A stretch of DNA of 64,000 nucleotides from Candidatus Oxydemutator sp. Lineage in GTDB: Bacteria > Pseudomonadota > Gammaproteobacteria > Poriferisulfidales > Oxydemutatoraceae. Position numbers and translations under genes: made by a program. The notes beneath the pieces are model-generated. The model saw nothing but the letters and a program-made list of their open reading frames with translations, made no database searches and was not told the origin of the DNA. This document shows positions 9,452-18,454 of this stretch, one piece after another. The stretch covers positions 1,120,001 to 1,184,000 of the forward strand of contig OZ241883.1 in the NCBI GenBank assembly GCA_965203445.1, written 5' to 3'. The number at the start of each line of letters is the position of its first letter. The stretch's first letter is position 1.

Positions 9452-9617
9452 GGATTCCATGAGGGCCGATAGCAGAGGCTTTTGGCTTACCCTCTCCTAT
9501 GAAGGAGAAGTTTCAGGCCAACCTTAGCGGCGTGGCACACATCTGGCGCGAGGCTGATTGCCGACATGGAGAACTGCTGCCGGACATGCCGGGGCATGTT
9601 ATAATCCGTCCTTAATC

Positions 9618-9848
9618 ATGAGCACCATAGCCCTTTATCAACTGCTCAAGCGCATTCCCGACGTCACCGAAAATGAGGTGTAGGCGGCGGTGGACTCGAT
9701 TCCCCAAGTCGAGGAAGTGGCCACCAAAGCAGATTTGCACCGCCTTGAGATCAAGCTGGTCAATCTTGAGACCAGGCTGACCAGATTGATATTCAGTTCC
9801 GCTGCCGTCGTTATTGTCGCGGTCAGCGCAATAGTGAAGCTCACCTGA
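9618..9848 (+). pseudogene. Small DUF1640/CCDC90-like coiled-coil membrane protein with an in-frame TAG
   Basis: Manual translation MSTIALYQLLKRIPDVTENEV*AAVDSIPQVEEVATKADLHRLEIKLVNLETRLTRLIFSSAAVVIVAVSAIVKLT; stop at 9681-9683; TATAAT just upstream. Confidence 0.65.
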
Positions 9849-10019
9849 TATGCGCCGCCAGTGGTGCCCGGCGCCAGCCTATAGCTAGGCGAGGATTATG
9901 TAACCAACAAAAGAGGTTAACGACATGAAAGAATAGAGGATAATACGTGATCCGGACACATGGGTACCACCCAAACTGAAGAGGTACCCGAATGTAACAA
10001 GAACACATTTAGGGCGACA

Positions 10020-10255
10020 AGGAAGCCGTGAACCGCTACGTGCAGCTGCGCCTCGATCAACTCGAGAACCTGGAAACGGTCGACAGCCTGCTGGCCGAAG
10101 AGGAAAGAACGATGCTGCCGACGTTGAACAAAGAACGCGAACTCAAACGCGACGCCAAACACGGCGCCAAACGCAAGGCCAAGCGCGACCAACGCCGCAA
10201 ACCCCGCAAAAAACGCAAGTCCAGAACCCGTCGCTCCGACGGAAGCTCGTCGTAA
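10020..10255 (+). repeat. Diverged duplicate of the gspD 3' end (copy of 9153-9376)
   Basis: AGGAAGCCGTGAACCGCTACGTGCAGCTGCGCCTCGATCA... is nearly identical to the gspD end, with small indels and its own TCGTAA stop. Confidence 0.9.
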
Positions 10256-10619
10256 AAATCGGCGGCTTGTCGCGTGGCCACCCGCGTCGCCGTCGCTTGC
10301 GCCGCTCCTTTTTTCTGCGCCCCCACCGCGCCACAAGCCGTCTTCCCGATACCGTCAGGTGCTCTCCCGCCACCGGGGATGGGGCGCGTCGTCAGCGATT
10401 TTACCGTTCGTCGGATAAATGGTGCCTTTTGTTCCGTTTGTGATTATGCTGCCTGAATGACCGCGGCAGAGTAGCCCTTTTCAACCTGAAAGAGGCTGCC
10501 ATGCAAAACATCATGACAAAACAGACCGACAACCCGCAAGCGAAACAACCGGACGCGCTACCGGTGAACTGGAACGCCCCGGTCACCCGCGGCCAGTTTG
10601 AAACGACCATGGTCGCGAT

Positions 10620-11000
10620 GCGCGCCGATCTGGAAAGCCAGATAGCGGGCCTTCGTTCCGATCTGGAAAGCCAGATAGCGGGCCTTCGTTCCGACCTGGA
10701 AGGACAGATAGCAGGTCTGCGGAGCGATATGGTGGCGATGCGCGCCGACCTGGAAGGACAGACAGCAGGCCTGCGGAGCGACATGGTGGCGATGCGCGCC
10801 GATCTGGCAGGGCAGATAGCAAGCCTTCGTTCCGATCTGGAAAGCCAGGTAGCGAGCTTTCGTTCCGACCTGGAAAGCCAGATAGCGAGCTTTCGTTCCG
10901 ACCTGGAAGGACAGATAGTGAGTCTGCGCGCCGATCTGGCAGGGCAGACAGCGGGCCTTCGTTCCGATCTGGAAGGCCAGATAGCGAGGCTTCGTGCCGA
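10620..11000 (+). repeat. 33-bp tandem repeats encoding hendecads
   Basis: Units such as CTTCGTTCCGATCTGGAAAGCCAGATAGCGGGC recur about ten times with variation. Confidence 0.85.
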
Positions 11001-11181
11001 CATGATGGAGATGCGCGCCGATATTGACCGGCGCATCACCGGAGTCGAACTGCGGCTCGACCGCAGAATATCCGATCTCGAATCGCGGATGATCCGCTGG
11101 CAGATCATAACGGGAATTACATACTTTAATCCGTGAAGGATAGTGAAGTAGCTGATTTTATGTAAGATTTTGTTATAATGT

Positions 11182-12468
11182 TTGAGAATGAAGGTTCATA
11201 GAACAATTCGATACAGGCTGCATGCCGGCACGCATGCCAAAGCCCGCAAGTTGGCGGGTTTGGCGGGTGCGTGCAGGTTTGTGTGGAACCATTTTGTAGG
11301 AAAGTTACGGGATGAGTATATAGCATATGGAAGATGCAGGCCTTGGTATTTTACATTGGGCAAGCAGTTCACTCTGTTGCGACGTTATTGTGAACCCTGG
11401 TTGCAGGAATACTCGGCCAACATAGTAAAGAGTTCTTTGAAGCCCATAGAAACTGCGTACAAGAAGTTCTATGACAAGAAAGGAGGACTCCCTAGGTTTC
11501 ATGCAAGATATGTACATCATGAGAGTTTCCCTTTGGTATCTGGTTTGTTTCGTATAAGGGGTCGCCATTTGCATATAGCCAAGATAGGCGAGGTGCTGTT
11601 GCTTGGCCATAATCCGTATCCCGATGCAAAGCCCGTGTCGGGCACAGTCAAAAGGGAATGCGGGAATTGGTATGCATACATAGTGTATAAAGTGGAACAG
11701 AAAGAAGTTAAACGTGAATATAATTCAGTAGGCATAGACAGAAATGTAGGTCAAATAACATGCTCGGATGGGATAGTTTATCGAATGCCTGATACTACTC
11801 GATTAGAGGCGCGTCGTCGTCGTTATCAGCGGATGATGGCGAGGCGGAAGTGCGGTAGCAGGAAGCACAAGGTAAAACCCTCTAATCGCTATCTGCGTGC
11901 CAAGCATTCCCATGCCATAACGTGCAGGAAGATAAAGCAAAAGAGGAACAACTGGTGTCATCATGTAAGCAGTGAGATAGCAGAGAATTATTCTGTAGTG
12001 CATTTGGAGGATTTGAATACGAGGGGCATGACGAGGGGTGCCAAGGGCACGGCTACTGCCCCTGGCAGGAATGTGAAGGCCAAGTCGAGCCTGAACAAAG
12101 GAATACTACGTACGAACTGGTATAAATTAGAGCAGTATTTGGGTTACAAAACCCAAGTAAATTATGTATCTGCAAAGAACACGAGTCGTGCTTGCAACAA
12201 GTGCGGATGTATAAACGAGAAGAACAGAGTATCGCAATCAATGTTTGTTTGTGTTGATTGCGGCCATCGAGACAATGCGGACTGGAACGCCGCCAAGAAT
12301 GGCAAAGTTCTGGGCGATGCTACACTGAATTACAAGGCCTCCGGGAATGGGGCTACTGGACGCGGAGGTGGCGGTAAGACCTTGAAGGAATTATTAACCG
12401 ACAAGGCACGGCCTGTGAAGCGTCAAATGGATACTTCAATCTCAGAGAATAATGTTCTCACGGATTAA
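11182..12468 (+). CDS. tnpB: RNA-guided endonuclease TnpB (start TTG 11182 or ATG 11188)
   Basis: N-terminal HTH (TIRYRL...GACRFVWN), RuvC-I GIDRNV, RuvC-II HLEDL, zinc finger CNKC...CVDC, RuvC-III NADWNAAKN; extended -10 TGTTATAAT at 11171-11179. Confidence 0.92.
   Translation: MRMKVHRTIRYRLHAGTHAKARKLAGLAGACRFVWNHFVGKLRDEYIAYGRCRPWYFTLGKQFTLLRRYCEPWLQEYSANIVKSSLKPIETAYKKFYDKKGGLPRFHARYVHHESFPLVSGLFRIRGRHLHIAKIGEVLLLGHNPYPDAKPVSGTVKRECGNWYAYIVYKVEQKEVKREYNSVGIDRNVGQITCSDGIVYRMPDTTRLEARRRRYQRMMARRKCGSRKHKVKPSNRYLRAKHSHAITCRKIKQKRNNWCHHVSSEIAENYSVVHLEDLNTRGMTRGAKGTATAPGRNVKAKSSLNKGILRTNWYKLEQYLGYKTQVNYVSAKNTSRACNKCGCINEKNRVSQSMFVCVDCGHRDNADWNAAKNGKVLGDATLNYKASGNGATGRGGGGKTLKELLTDKARPVKRQMDTSISENNVLTD
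12330..12446 (+). ncRNA. Putative TnpB omegaRNA 3' scaffold and guide (boundaries approximate)
   Basis: GC-rich structured stretch overlapping the tnpB 3' end (GCCTCCG...CGGAGGT) that ends in GTGAAGCGTCAA, an IS605-like TCAA end at 12423-12426; inferred from TnpB biology. Confidence 0.45.
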
Positions 12469-12575
12469 AGTATATAATTCCCATTATAACGATGGTTACC
12501 CTGACTGGCGTTATCATCGCGGCAGCCGGGTATCTTTCAAGCATTCCGTCCTGAAGGAGAGCACGATGCAGTCAC

Positions 12576-12600
12576 AAAATCCCGATGGCGGGTTTTTCTT
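12576..12600 (+). terminator. Intrinsic terminator of the interrupted coiled-coil gene
   Basis: AAAATCCCG-ATGG-CGGGTTTTTCTT. Confidence 0.55.
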
Positions 12601-12780
12601 GTTGCGGCTTTGCAGAACAGGAGTGTACGAACGCCTCCTTCGCTCCCTTTCCCGCCGGGAGGGGGGTTATGCGCTGCGCTCTGGTTTGGCACGGGCCGCG
12701 CGGGCCGCGTGGGAGTGTACGGGCGCCGGGGTGCTACAATACCGTGTCGAACCAATTCCGCCGTTGATTTGCACCTCCCC

Positions 12781-14616
12781 ATGTACCAGTCCTACTTCAA
12801 CTTCTCGGAAGACCCGTTCACGATTTCGCCGAATCCTCGGTTTCTGTATTTGAGCGAGCGCCACCGCGAGGCGCTTGCGCATTTGCAGTACGGCGTGCGC
12901 GAGAACAGCGGCTTTATTCTGCTCACCGGCGAGGTCGGCACCGGCAAGACCACCGTGTGGCGCTGTCTTGCCAGCCGGCTGCCGGACGACGTTCATCTGG
13001 CCGTCGTGTTGAACCCGCGCCTGAGCGAGAGCGAGCTGGTCGAGTCCATCTGCGACGAGTTCGGCGTCGCCTGCGAACCGGCGGGCCGTGGCCTCAAGCG
13101 CCTGGTGGACGCGCTCAACCGCCACCTGCTCGCGCTGCACGAGCGTGGCGAGCGCGCGGTGCTGATCGTCGAGGAGGCGCAAAACCTAGACGCGACGCTG
13201 CTCGAACAACTGCGCCTGCTGACCAACCTGGAGACCGACGAAAGCAAACTGTTGCAGATCATCCTGGTGGGCCAGCCCGAGCTGCTGGACAAGATAGACG
13301 GCCCGCAACTGCGCCAGCTGCGCCAGCGCGTCACCGCGCGCTATCACCTGACGTCGCTGGACGCGGACGAAGTGCGCGCCTACGTCGCCCACCGCCTGGA
13401 GATGGTCGGCGGCGGCCTCGGCCTGTTCACCGAGCAGGCGTTGTTGCGCCTGACCCGCGTAAGCGCCGGCATTCCGCGCCTGATCAACCTGATTTGCTCG
13501 CGCGCGCTGCTTGGCTGTTTTTCCGAGGACAAGAGGCAGGTGGACTTGCGCGTCATCGAGCAGGCGGCGCACGAAGTGTTGGGAGAGAAGCCGGAGCAGG
13601 CGGCGTTCGCGTCGCCGCTCTCATCGCCGGCGCCGTTCGGCGTGACGCCGCGCCGGGGACTCGCCGTCGCCGCCGGTCTCGCGTTGCTGGCCGCCGGCAT
13701 CTGGTTGTACGGCGGTTCGTTGTCGGCACCCGATGATCCGCCGCTGCTGGTGCAAGGCGACGGGCCGAAGGCTGCGTCGGAAGTCGCACGGGCGGCCGAG
13801 GAGAAGAGTGTCGGCTTGGTGGCTGCGGCGCCTCCCGTATCGCAAGTGCCCCAATCACCGCCGGTCGCGCATACCCTCTGGGTACAGCGCCCGGGTTCGA
13901 TTACGGCGCCCGCCGCCGGTTCGCTTGCCGCCCCCGCCGCGCCGCCGCGCGCCGAACCCGCCGCCGACTGGCGCGATGGGGTTGCCGCAAAGACGCCCGG
14001 CGAAGCGCCGGACAGCGGCCCGTATCGCGCGTTGTTCGCGTTGTGGGGCGTCGAGCTGCCGCGCGAACTGACCGAATCGCCGTGCGAATACGCGCTGCGC
14101 CACGGGCTGGATTGCTGGCATCGTCGCGGCTCTTTCGACAGCGTCGAGCGCGTCAACCGCCCGGCGTTGCTGAAGATGGTCGCAAGGCGCGGCGGGCAGC
14201 CTTTCTACGCGGTGTTGAACGGCGTCACCGCCGACGGCTTGCTGCAAATGAACGTGGCCGGCGCCGCCATAGCCGTCGCGCGACGGGAATTGGAAGAGGT
14301 GTGGACCGGCGAATACACTTTGTTGTGGCGCCGCCCGTCCGGCTATATAGATACCATCTACCCGGGCGACAAGAACGACACGGTGCGCTGGGTCGCGCGA
14401 CAGCTCGCGGGGCTGATGAACAACCCGCCGCTGGCGCGACATTCTTCGGTGTATTCTCCGGCCCTCGAAAACCACGTGCGCGGTTTTCAGCACCACTGCG
14501 GGCTTTTTGTCGACGGCCTGGTCGGCAAGGAGACGCTGATCCGGCTGAGCGCGCTGGTGCGCAAGGAACCACTTTTGCGCGACGACGCGCCGTCGTGCCG
14601 CTCGCGCCTGGGATAG
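12781..14616 (+). CDS. gspA: T2SS ExeA/GspA AAA ATPase with peptidoglycan-binding domain
   Basis: MYQSYFNFSEDPFTISPNPRFLYLS, GEVGTGKT, C-terminal VRGFQ...GLFVDGLVGKET. Confidence 0.92.
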   Translation: MYQSYFNFSEDPFTISPNPRFLYLSERHREALAHLQYGVRENSGFILLTGEVGTGKTTVWRCLASRLPDDVHLAVVLNPRLSESELVESICDEFGVACEPAGRGLKRLVDALNRHLLALHERGERAVLIVEEAQNLDATLLEQLRLLTNLETDESKLLQIILVGQPELLDKIDGPQLRQLRQRVTARYHLTSLDADEVRAYVAHRLEMVGGGLGLFTEQALLRLTRVSAGIPRLINLICSRALLGCFSEDKRQVDLRVIEQAAHEVLGEKPEQAAFASPLSSPAPFGVTPRRGLAVAAGLALLAAGIWLYGGSLSAPDDPPLLVQGDGPKAASEVARAAEEKSVGLVAAAPPVSQVPQSPPVAHTLWVQRPGSITAPAAGSLAAPAAPPRAEPAADWRDGVAAKTPGEAPDSGPYRALFALWGVELPRELTESPCEYALRHGLDCWHRRGSFDSVERVNRPALLKMVARRGGQPFYAVLNGVTADGLLQMNVAGAAIAVARRELEEVWTGEYTLLWRRPSGYIDTIYPGDKNDTVRWVARQLAGLMNNPPLARHSSVYSPALENHVRGFQHHCGLFVDGLVGKETLIRLSALVRKEPLLRDDAPSCRSRLG

Positions 14617-14626
14617 GAGGGCCGTC

Positions 14627-15403
14627 GTGTCGTACATACTCTCCGCGTTGAAGAAGGTCGAACGCAAGCGCCAGGTCGGACAACCGCCGGACTTGCTGGC
14701 GATGCACGTCGAACCGGGCGCGGCTTCCGGCTATCGGGACAACCCGGCTTCCGGCGTACTCAAAGTGCTCGTGGTGACCGGGATCATCGCCGCCGCCGTC
14801 GCCTGGTCTTTGTCGCCGTCCGGCGCGCGCACGATGGACTGGCTTGGTCAGCGTTGGAGCGCGCTTACGCTGCCGCGACTTGCGATCTCGTCCGGCGATG
14901 CGCCGCCCGCTGACGCTGCCGTCGTCGACAAGCCGGCCTATAGAACCGTCACCGTGCGCGAGTTCACCCCGTCGCCCGGCGTCGCGCCGAGGCGTGGTGC
15001 CGTCGCCGACCACTCCGCTGCGGCGCCCGCCGTCGTCGCGCCCGCGCCACAGGCGCGGCCTGCATACGCCGCGCCCGTGCAAGTTGCGCCTGCGCCGTTC
15101 GACGCATTCGCGCCCGCTGCACCGCCGGCGTTCGACGTGGCCTTGCTGCCCGCTGCCGAGGTGGTTGATTTCGAGCACCTGCCCGCGCCCGTGCGCGCCC
15201 GGCTTCCGGTGCTGTCGGTAACCGGGCATCTCTACTCCAGCGCGCGCCCGCAGGCGAACAAGATTTTCATCAACGGCGCGGCGTTGCGCGAGGGCCAGTT
15301 TGTCAACGAAGAGCTGATGGTGCGCGAGATCACCGCCGCCGGCGCCGTCATGGAGTTTCACGGCGTGCGTTTTCGTCTCGGGAAGTCGAGGATATTCCGC
15401 TGA
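14627..15403 (+). CDS. gspB: T2SS ExeB/GspB
   Basis: MSYILSALKKVERKR N-terminus and GHLYSS...INGAALREGQ C-terminal domain. Confidence 0.88.
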   Translation: MSYILSALKKVERKRQVGQPPDLLAMHVEPGAASGYRDNPASGVLKVLVVTGIIAAAVAWSLSPSGARTMDWLGQRWSALTLPRLAISSGDAPPADAAVVDKPAYRTVTVREFTPSPGVAPRRGAVADHSAAAPAVVAPAPQARPAYAAPVQVAPAPFDAFAPAAPPAFDVALLPAAEVVDFEHLPAPVRARLPVLSVTGHLYSSARPQANKIFINGAALREGQFVNEELMVREITAAGAVMEFHGVRFRLGKSRIFR

Positions 15404-16884
15404 TGGCCGAAGTCAGAGGGGCGCGTCTGCCGTTCGCGTTCGCCCAGAAACACGGCTTGTTCGTCGGCGAGAGCGAGGGCGCGCTGCGGCTGTTCTGCCG
15501 TTCCGACGTGTCCATGAACGCGCTGCAGGAAGTGCGGCGCATGTTCAACCGCGAGTTCTCGCTGCGTATGCTCGATGCCGGCGAGTTCGACCAGAACCTG
15601 CAGAAGACCTACGCCAACCAGAGCGGCGGCTTGTCCTTCATGAGCGACGTCGAAGACCACGTCATGGGCATGGACGAGGTCGCCGCGGCCTTCGAGGAGC
15701 CGGAGGATCTGCTCAAGACCGAGGACGACGCGCCGATCATCAAGATGCTCAACGCGATCTTTTTCGAGGCGATCCGCGAGCGCGCCTCCGACATCCACGT
15801 CGAGCCTTACGAGCGCGACCTGCAGATCCGCTTTCGCTTAAACGGCGTGTTGCGCACGATGCTGACCTCGTCGGTCAAGCTGGCGCCGTTGCTGGTGTCG
15901 CGCGTCAAGGTGCTGGCGCGCCTCGACATCGCCGAAAAACGCCTGCCGCAGGACGGGCGTATCACCGTGCGCCTGGGCGGGCGCAGCGTGGATTTGCGCG
16001 TGTCCACGCTGCCGTCGAGCTACGGCGAGCGCGTGGTGTTGCGCATACTCGACAAGCAGACCGAGCAGATGCAGTTGGTGCAGTTGGGCATGGAGTCCGA
16101 GATGCAAAAACGCTTTCACAGCATGGTCAACCGCCCGCACGGCATCGTTCTCGTAACCGGCCCGACCGGTTCGGGCAAGACGACGACGCTCTACGCGGCG
16201 CTGGCCGAGGTCGACCGCCGCCAGCGCAACATCATGACGATAGAAGACCCCATCGAGTACGACTTCGAGGGCATCAGCCAGACGCAGGTCAACACCAAGG
16301 CCGGCATGACCTTTGCGCGCGGCCTGCGGGCGATTTTGCGCCAGGACCCCGACGTCGTGCTGATCGGCGAGATCCGCGACGGCGAGACCGCCGACATCGC
16401 GGTGCAGGCGAGCCTGACCGGCCACCTGGTGCTGTCGACGTTGCACACCAACACCGCCTTGGGCGCGATCACGCGCCTGTGCGACATGGGCGTCGAGCCG
16501 TTTCTGCTGACCGCGACGCTGCAAGGCACGCTCGCGCAACGCCTGGTCAGGCGGTTGTGTCCCGAGTGCCGCGAGTCGTTCATGCCCGACCTCGACGAAC
16601 TCAAGTTCTGGGACATAGACCCCGACAATTTCCGCGCCCAACCGGTGTACCGCCCGAAAGGCTGCGAGGCGTGCCACCACACCGGCTACTCCGGGCGCTT
16701 CGGCCTGTTCGACTTCGTCGTAATGGACGACGTGCTGCGCCAGATCATCCACGACGGCGGCAGCGAGCTGGACATGGAGCAGCACGTCCGCAAAACCCAG
16801 CCCAACCTCAGAACCATCGGCCTGCAATACGCATTCTCCGGCGACACGTCGTTAGAGGAAGTGCTGGCGGTAACGCTGCATTAG
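15403..16884 (+). CDS. gspE: T2SS ATPase
   Basis: ASDIHVEP, GPTGSGKTTTLY, LRQDPDVVLIGEIRD, CPEC...CEAC. Confidence 0.96.
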   Translation: MAEVRGARLPFAFAQKHGLFVGESEGALRLFCRSDVSMNALQEVRRMFNREFSLRMLDAGEFDQNLQKTYANQSGGLSFMSDVEDHVMGMDEVAAAFEEPEDLLKTEDDAPIIKMLNAIFFEAIRERASDIHVEPYERDLQIRFRLNGVLRTMLTSSVKLAPLLVSRVKVLARLDIAEKRLPQDGRITVRLGGRSVDLRVSTLPSSYGERVVLRILDKQTEQMQLVQLGMESEMQKRFHSMVNRPHGIVLVTGPTGSGKTTTLYAALAEVDRRQRNIMTIEDPIEYDFEGISQTQVNTKAGMTFARGLRAILRQDPDVVLIGEIRDGETADIAVQASLTGHLVLSTLHTNTALGAITRLCDMGVEPFLLTATLQGTLAQRLVRRLCPECRESFMPDLDELKFWDIDPDNFRAQPVYRPKGCEACHHTGYSGRFGLFDFVVMDDVLRQIIHDGGSELDMEQHVRKTQPNLRTIGLQYAFSGDTSLEEVLAVTLH

Positions 16885-16888
16885 GAAA

Positions 16889-17101
16889 ATGAAAACCAAA
16901 AAACGAAAACGCACCGGCGCCCGAACCCATGCCTGGGGCATACCGGATTTGTTTTATCCGGACCCTAAGGAGGTCTATGCAAGATTCAGCGATGATTTGG
17001 ATGTCGCTGATAAACTTACTTATTATGGCGCTGCACTGCGGCCATACTTTCTTGCTGCCCTCGATCAAGCGAGTGAGGACGTCGAGAAGGACAAAGCCTG
17101 A
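16889..17101 (+). CDS. Small hypothetical protein (70 aa)
   Basis: Lower-GC ORF with AGGA upstream, between gspE and gspF; no recognisable motif. Confidence 0.4.
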   Translation: MKTKKRKRTGARTHAWGIPDLFYPDPKEVYARFSDDLDVADKLTYYGAALRPYFLAALDQASEDVEKDKA

Positions 17102-17103
17102 TT

Positions 17104-17182
17104 CTCCCTCTCCCTCTGGGAGAGGGTTTCATTATTTGTCCGGCCTTCGGCCACTTTCTCCCAGAGGGTCAAGGTGAGGGGG
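17104..17182. repeat. REP-like hairpin repeat (variant)
   Basis: CCCTCTCCCTCTGGGAGAGGG palindrome followed by a second partial hairpin. Confidence 0.6.
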
Positions 17183-17249
17183 TCGTTCCGGCCTTCACAC
17201 CGGTAAGGGAACGCCCCCAAGGCGTTCCCGAAGTGTATACTCGTTGCCG

Positions 17250-18449
17250 ATGCAGGCATATAACTACCAAGCCTACGACCGCGAGGGCAAGACCCGCAAG
17301 GGGGTGCTCGAGGCCGATTCCGAGCGCCATCTGCGCCAGCAGTTGCGCGAGCAGAAGCTGACGCCGATTGAGATTTCCGCGGTCGGCGCGGCGCGCTCGC
17401 TGTTTCAGTTCCGGCGCAAGCTCGGGCGCGGCGATCTGATGTTGATGACGCGCCAGTTGGCGACGCTGCTCGGTTCCGGTATGCCGCTCGAATCCTGTCT
17501 GCGGTTGATGGCCGAGCAGGCCGAGAACGTGCAGGTCAAGCGGCTGGTGTCGGCGATTCGCGGCCAGCTGACCGAGGGGCACACGCTGGCCTACGCGCTG
17601 CAAAAGGCGCCGGCCGCGTTTCCGTCCGATTACATTGCGACCATATCGGCGGGCGAGGAGACCGGTCATCTGTCGCAGGTGCTGGAACGCCTGGCCGACG
17701 AGGTCGAGCAGTCCGGGCAGGCGCGCCAATCGCTGATGACGGCGTTGATCTACCCGCTGCTGATGTTGACGGTGGCCACGGCCGTGATCATCCTGCTGCT
17801 GGTCAACGTCGTGCCGCAGGTTACGCGCGTGTTCGTGCAGATGAACCAGGAACTGCCGCCGCTGACGTCGGCGCTGATCTCGATCAGCAACTGGCTCAGG
17901 GACTACGGCGTGTATCTGCTGGTCGCGTTCACCGGCGCGCTGACGATTTTCCTGCTGATATTGCGCAACCCCGAGGCCAAGGAGCGCTGGCACAACATGC
18001 TGCTGCAAACGCCGCGTTTCGGCTACTGGCTGGTGGTCGGCAACGTCGCCGGATGGGCGCGCAGTCTCGGCGTTCTGCTCGGCAGCGGCGTGCCGATCAT
18101 GGAGTCGCTGCGCATCGCCGCCGAGCGCGTCGGCAATCTCGCGCTGCGCCGCAACCTGGGCGACGTCGCCGAGCGCGTGCGCGAAGGCGACGGCCTGCAC
18201 CAGGCGCTGCTGAAGAGCAAGCGCTTCCCGCCGTTTCTGATCCACATGGTCAGCAGCGGCGAGTCGAGCGGCACCCTCGACAACATGCTGATCAAGGTCG
18301 CCGACTATTACGACCACCGGATACGCACGCTGGTGGACGCCGGCCTCAAAATGTTCGAGCCGCTATTGGTTATAATAATGGGCGGCATCGTGCTGCTGAT
18401 CGTGATGGCGGTGTTGGTGCCGATTATCCAAATGAACCAGCTGGTGTGA
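17250..18449 (+). CDS. gspF: T2SS inner membrane platform protein F
   Basis: TRQLATLLGSGMPL, AGEETGHL, SGESSGTL, FEPLLVIIMG. Confidence 0.95.
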   Translation: MQAYNYQAYDREGKTRKGVLEADSERHLRQQLREQKLTPIEISAVGAARSLFQFRRKLGRGDLMLMTRQLATLLGSGMPLESCLRLMAEQAENVQVKRLVSAIRGQLTEGHTLAYALQKAPAAFPSDYIATISAGEETGHLSQVLERLADEVEQSGQARQSLMTALIYPLLMLTVATAVIILLLVNVVPQVTRVFVQMNQELPPLTSALISISNWLRDYGVYLLVAFTGALTIFLLILRNPEAKERWHNMLLQTPRFGYWLVVGNVAGWARSLGVLLGSGVPIMESLRIAAERVGNLALRRNLGDVAERVREGDGLHQALLKSKRFPPFLIHMVSSGESSGTLDNMLIKVADYYDHRIRTLVDAGLKMFEPLLVIIMGGIVLLIVMAVLVPIIQMNQLV

Positions 18450-18454
18450 CGAAT

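Larger units (their letters stand above)
11112..12482 (+). mobile_element. Non-autonomous TIR element (IS1595/ISNwi1-like ends) carrying tnpB
   Basis: TIR-L GGGAATTACATACTTTAATCCGTGA (11112-11136); TIR-R TCACGGATTAAAGTATATAATTCCC (12458-12482), 24/25 match; flanking 8-bp duplication ATCATAAC (11104-11111)/ATTATAAC (12483-12490); much lower GC than the host DNA. Confidence 0.85.
10501..12554 (+). pseudogene. DUF1640/CCDC90-like hendecad coiled-coil protein interrupted by the TnpB element
   Basis: 11-residue repeats (LRSDLEGQIAG). Removing the element and one target copy (11112-12490) restores ...RMIRWQIITMVTLTGVIIAAAGYLSSIPS* with a C-terminal TM anchor ending at 12554. Confidence 0.85.

Noticed and set aside
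9681-9683. In-frame TAG as pyrrolysine or recoding
   Set aside because: TAG is used as a normal stop in several genes here (gspE, gspG, gspM) and no pyl genes are visible; a nonsense mutation is simpler.
9153-10255. gspD duplicate as a DGR template/variable repeat pair
   Set aside because: Differences include indels and are not confined to adenines, and there is no reverse transcriptase in the window.
10620-11000. 33-bp repeats as a possible CRISPR array
   Set aside because: The repeats are contiguous with no unique spacers and encode an in-frame coiled coil.
11139-11156. Partial complementarity (TGAAGTA core) between the putative TnpB guide and the element's own promoter region
   Set aside because: Only about 11 of 17 positions match, with mismatches in the seed-proximal bases; this could be chance.
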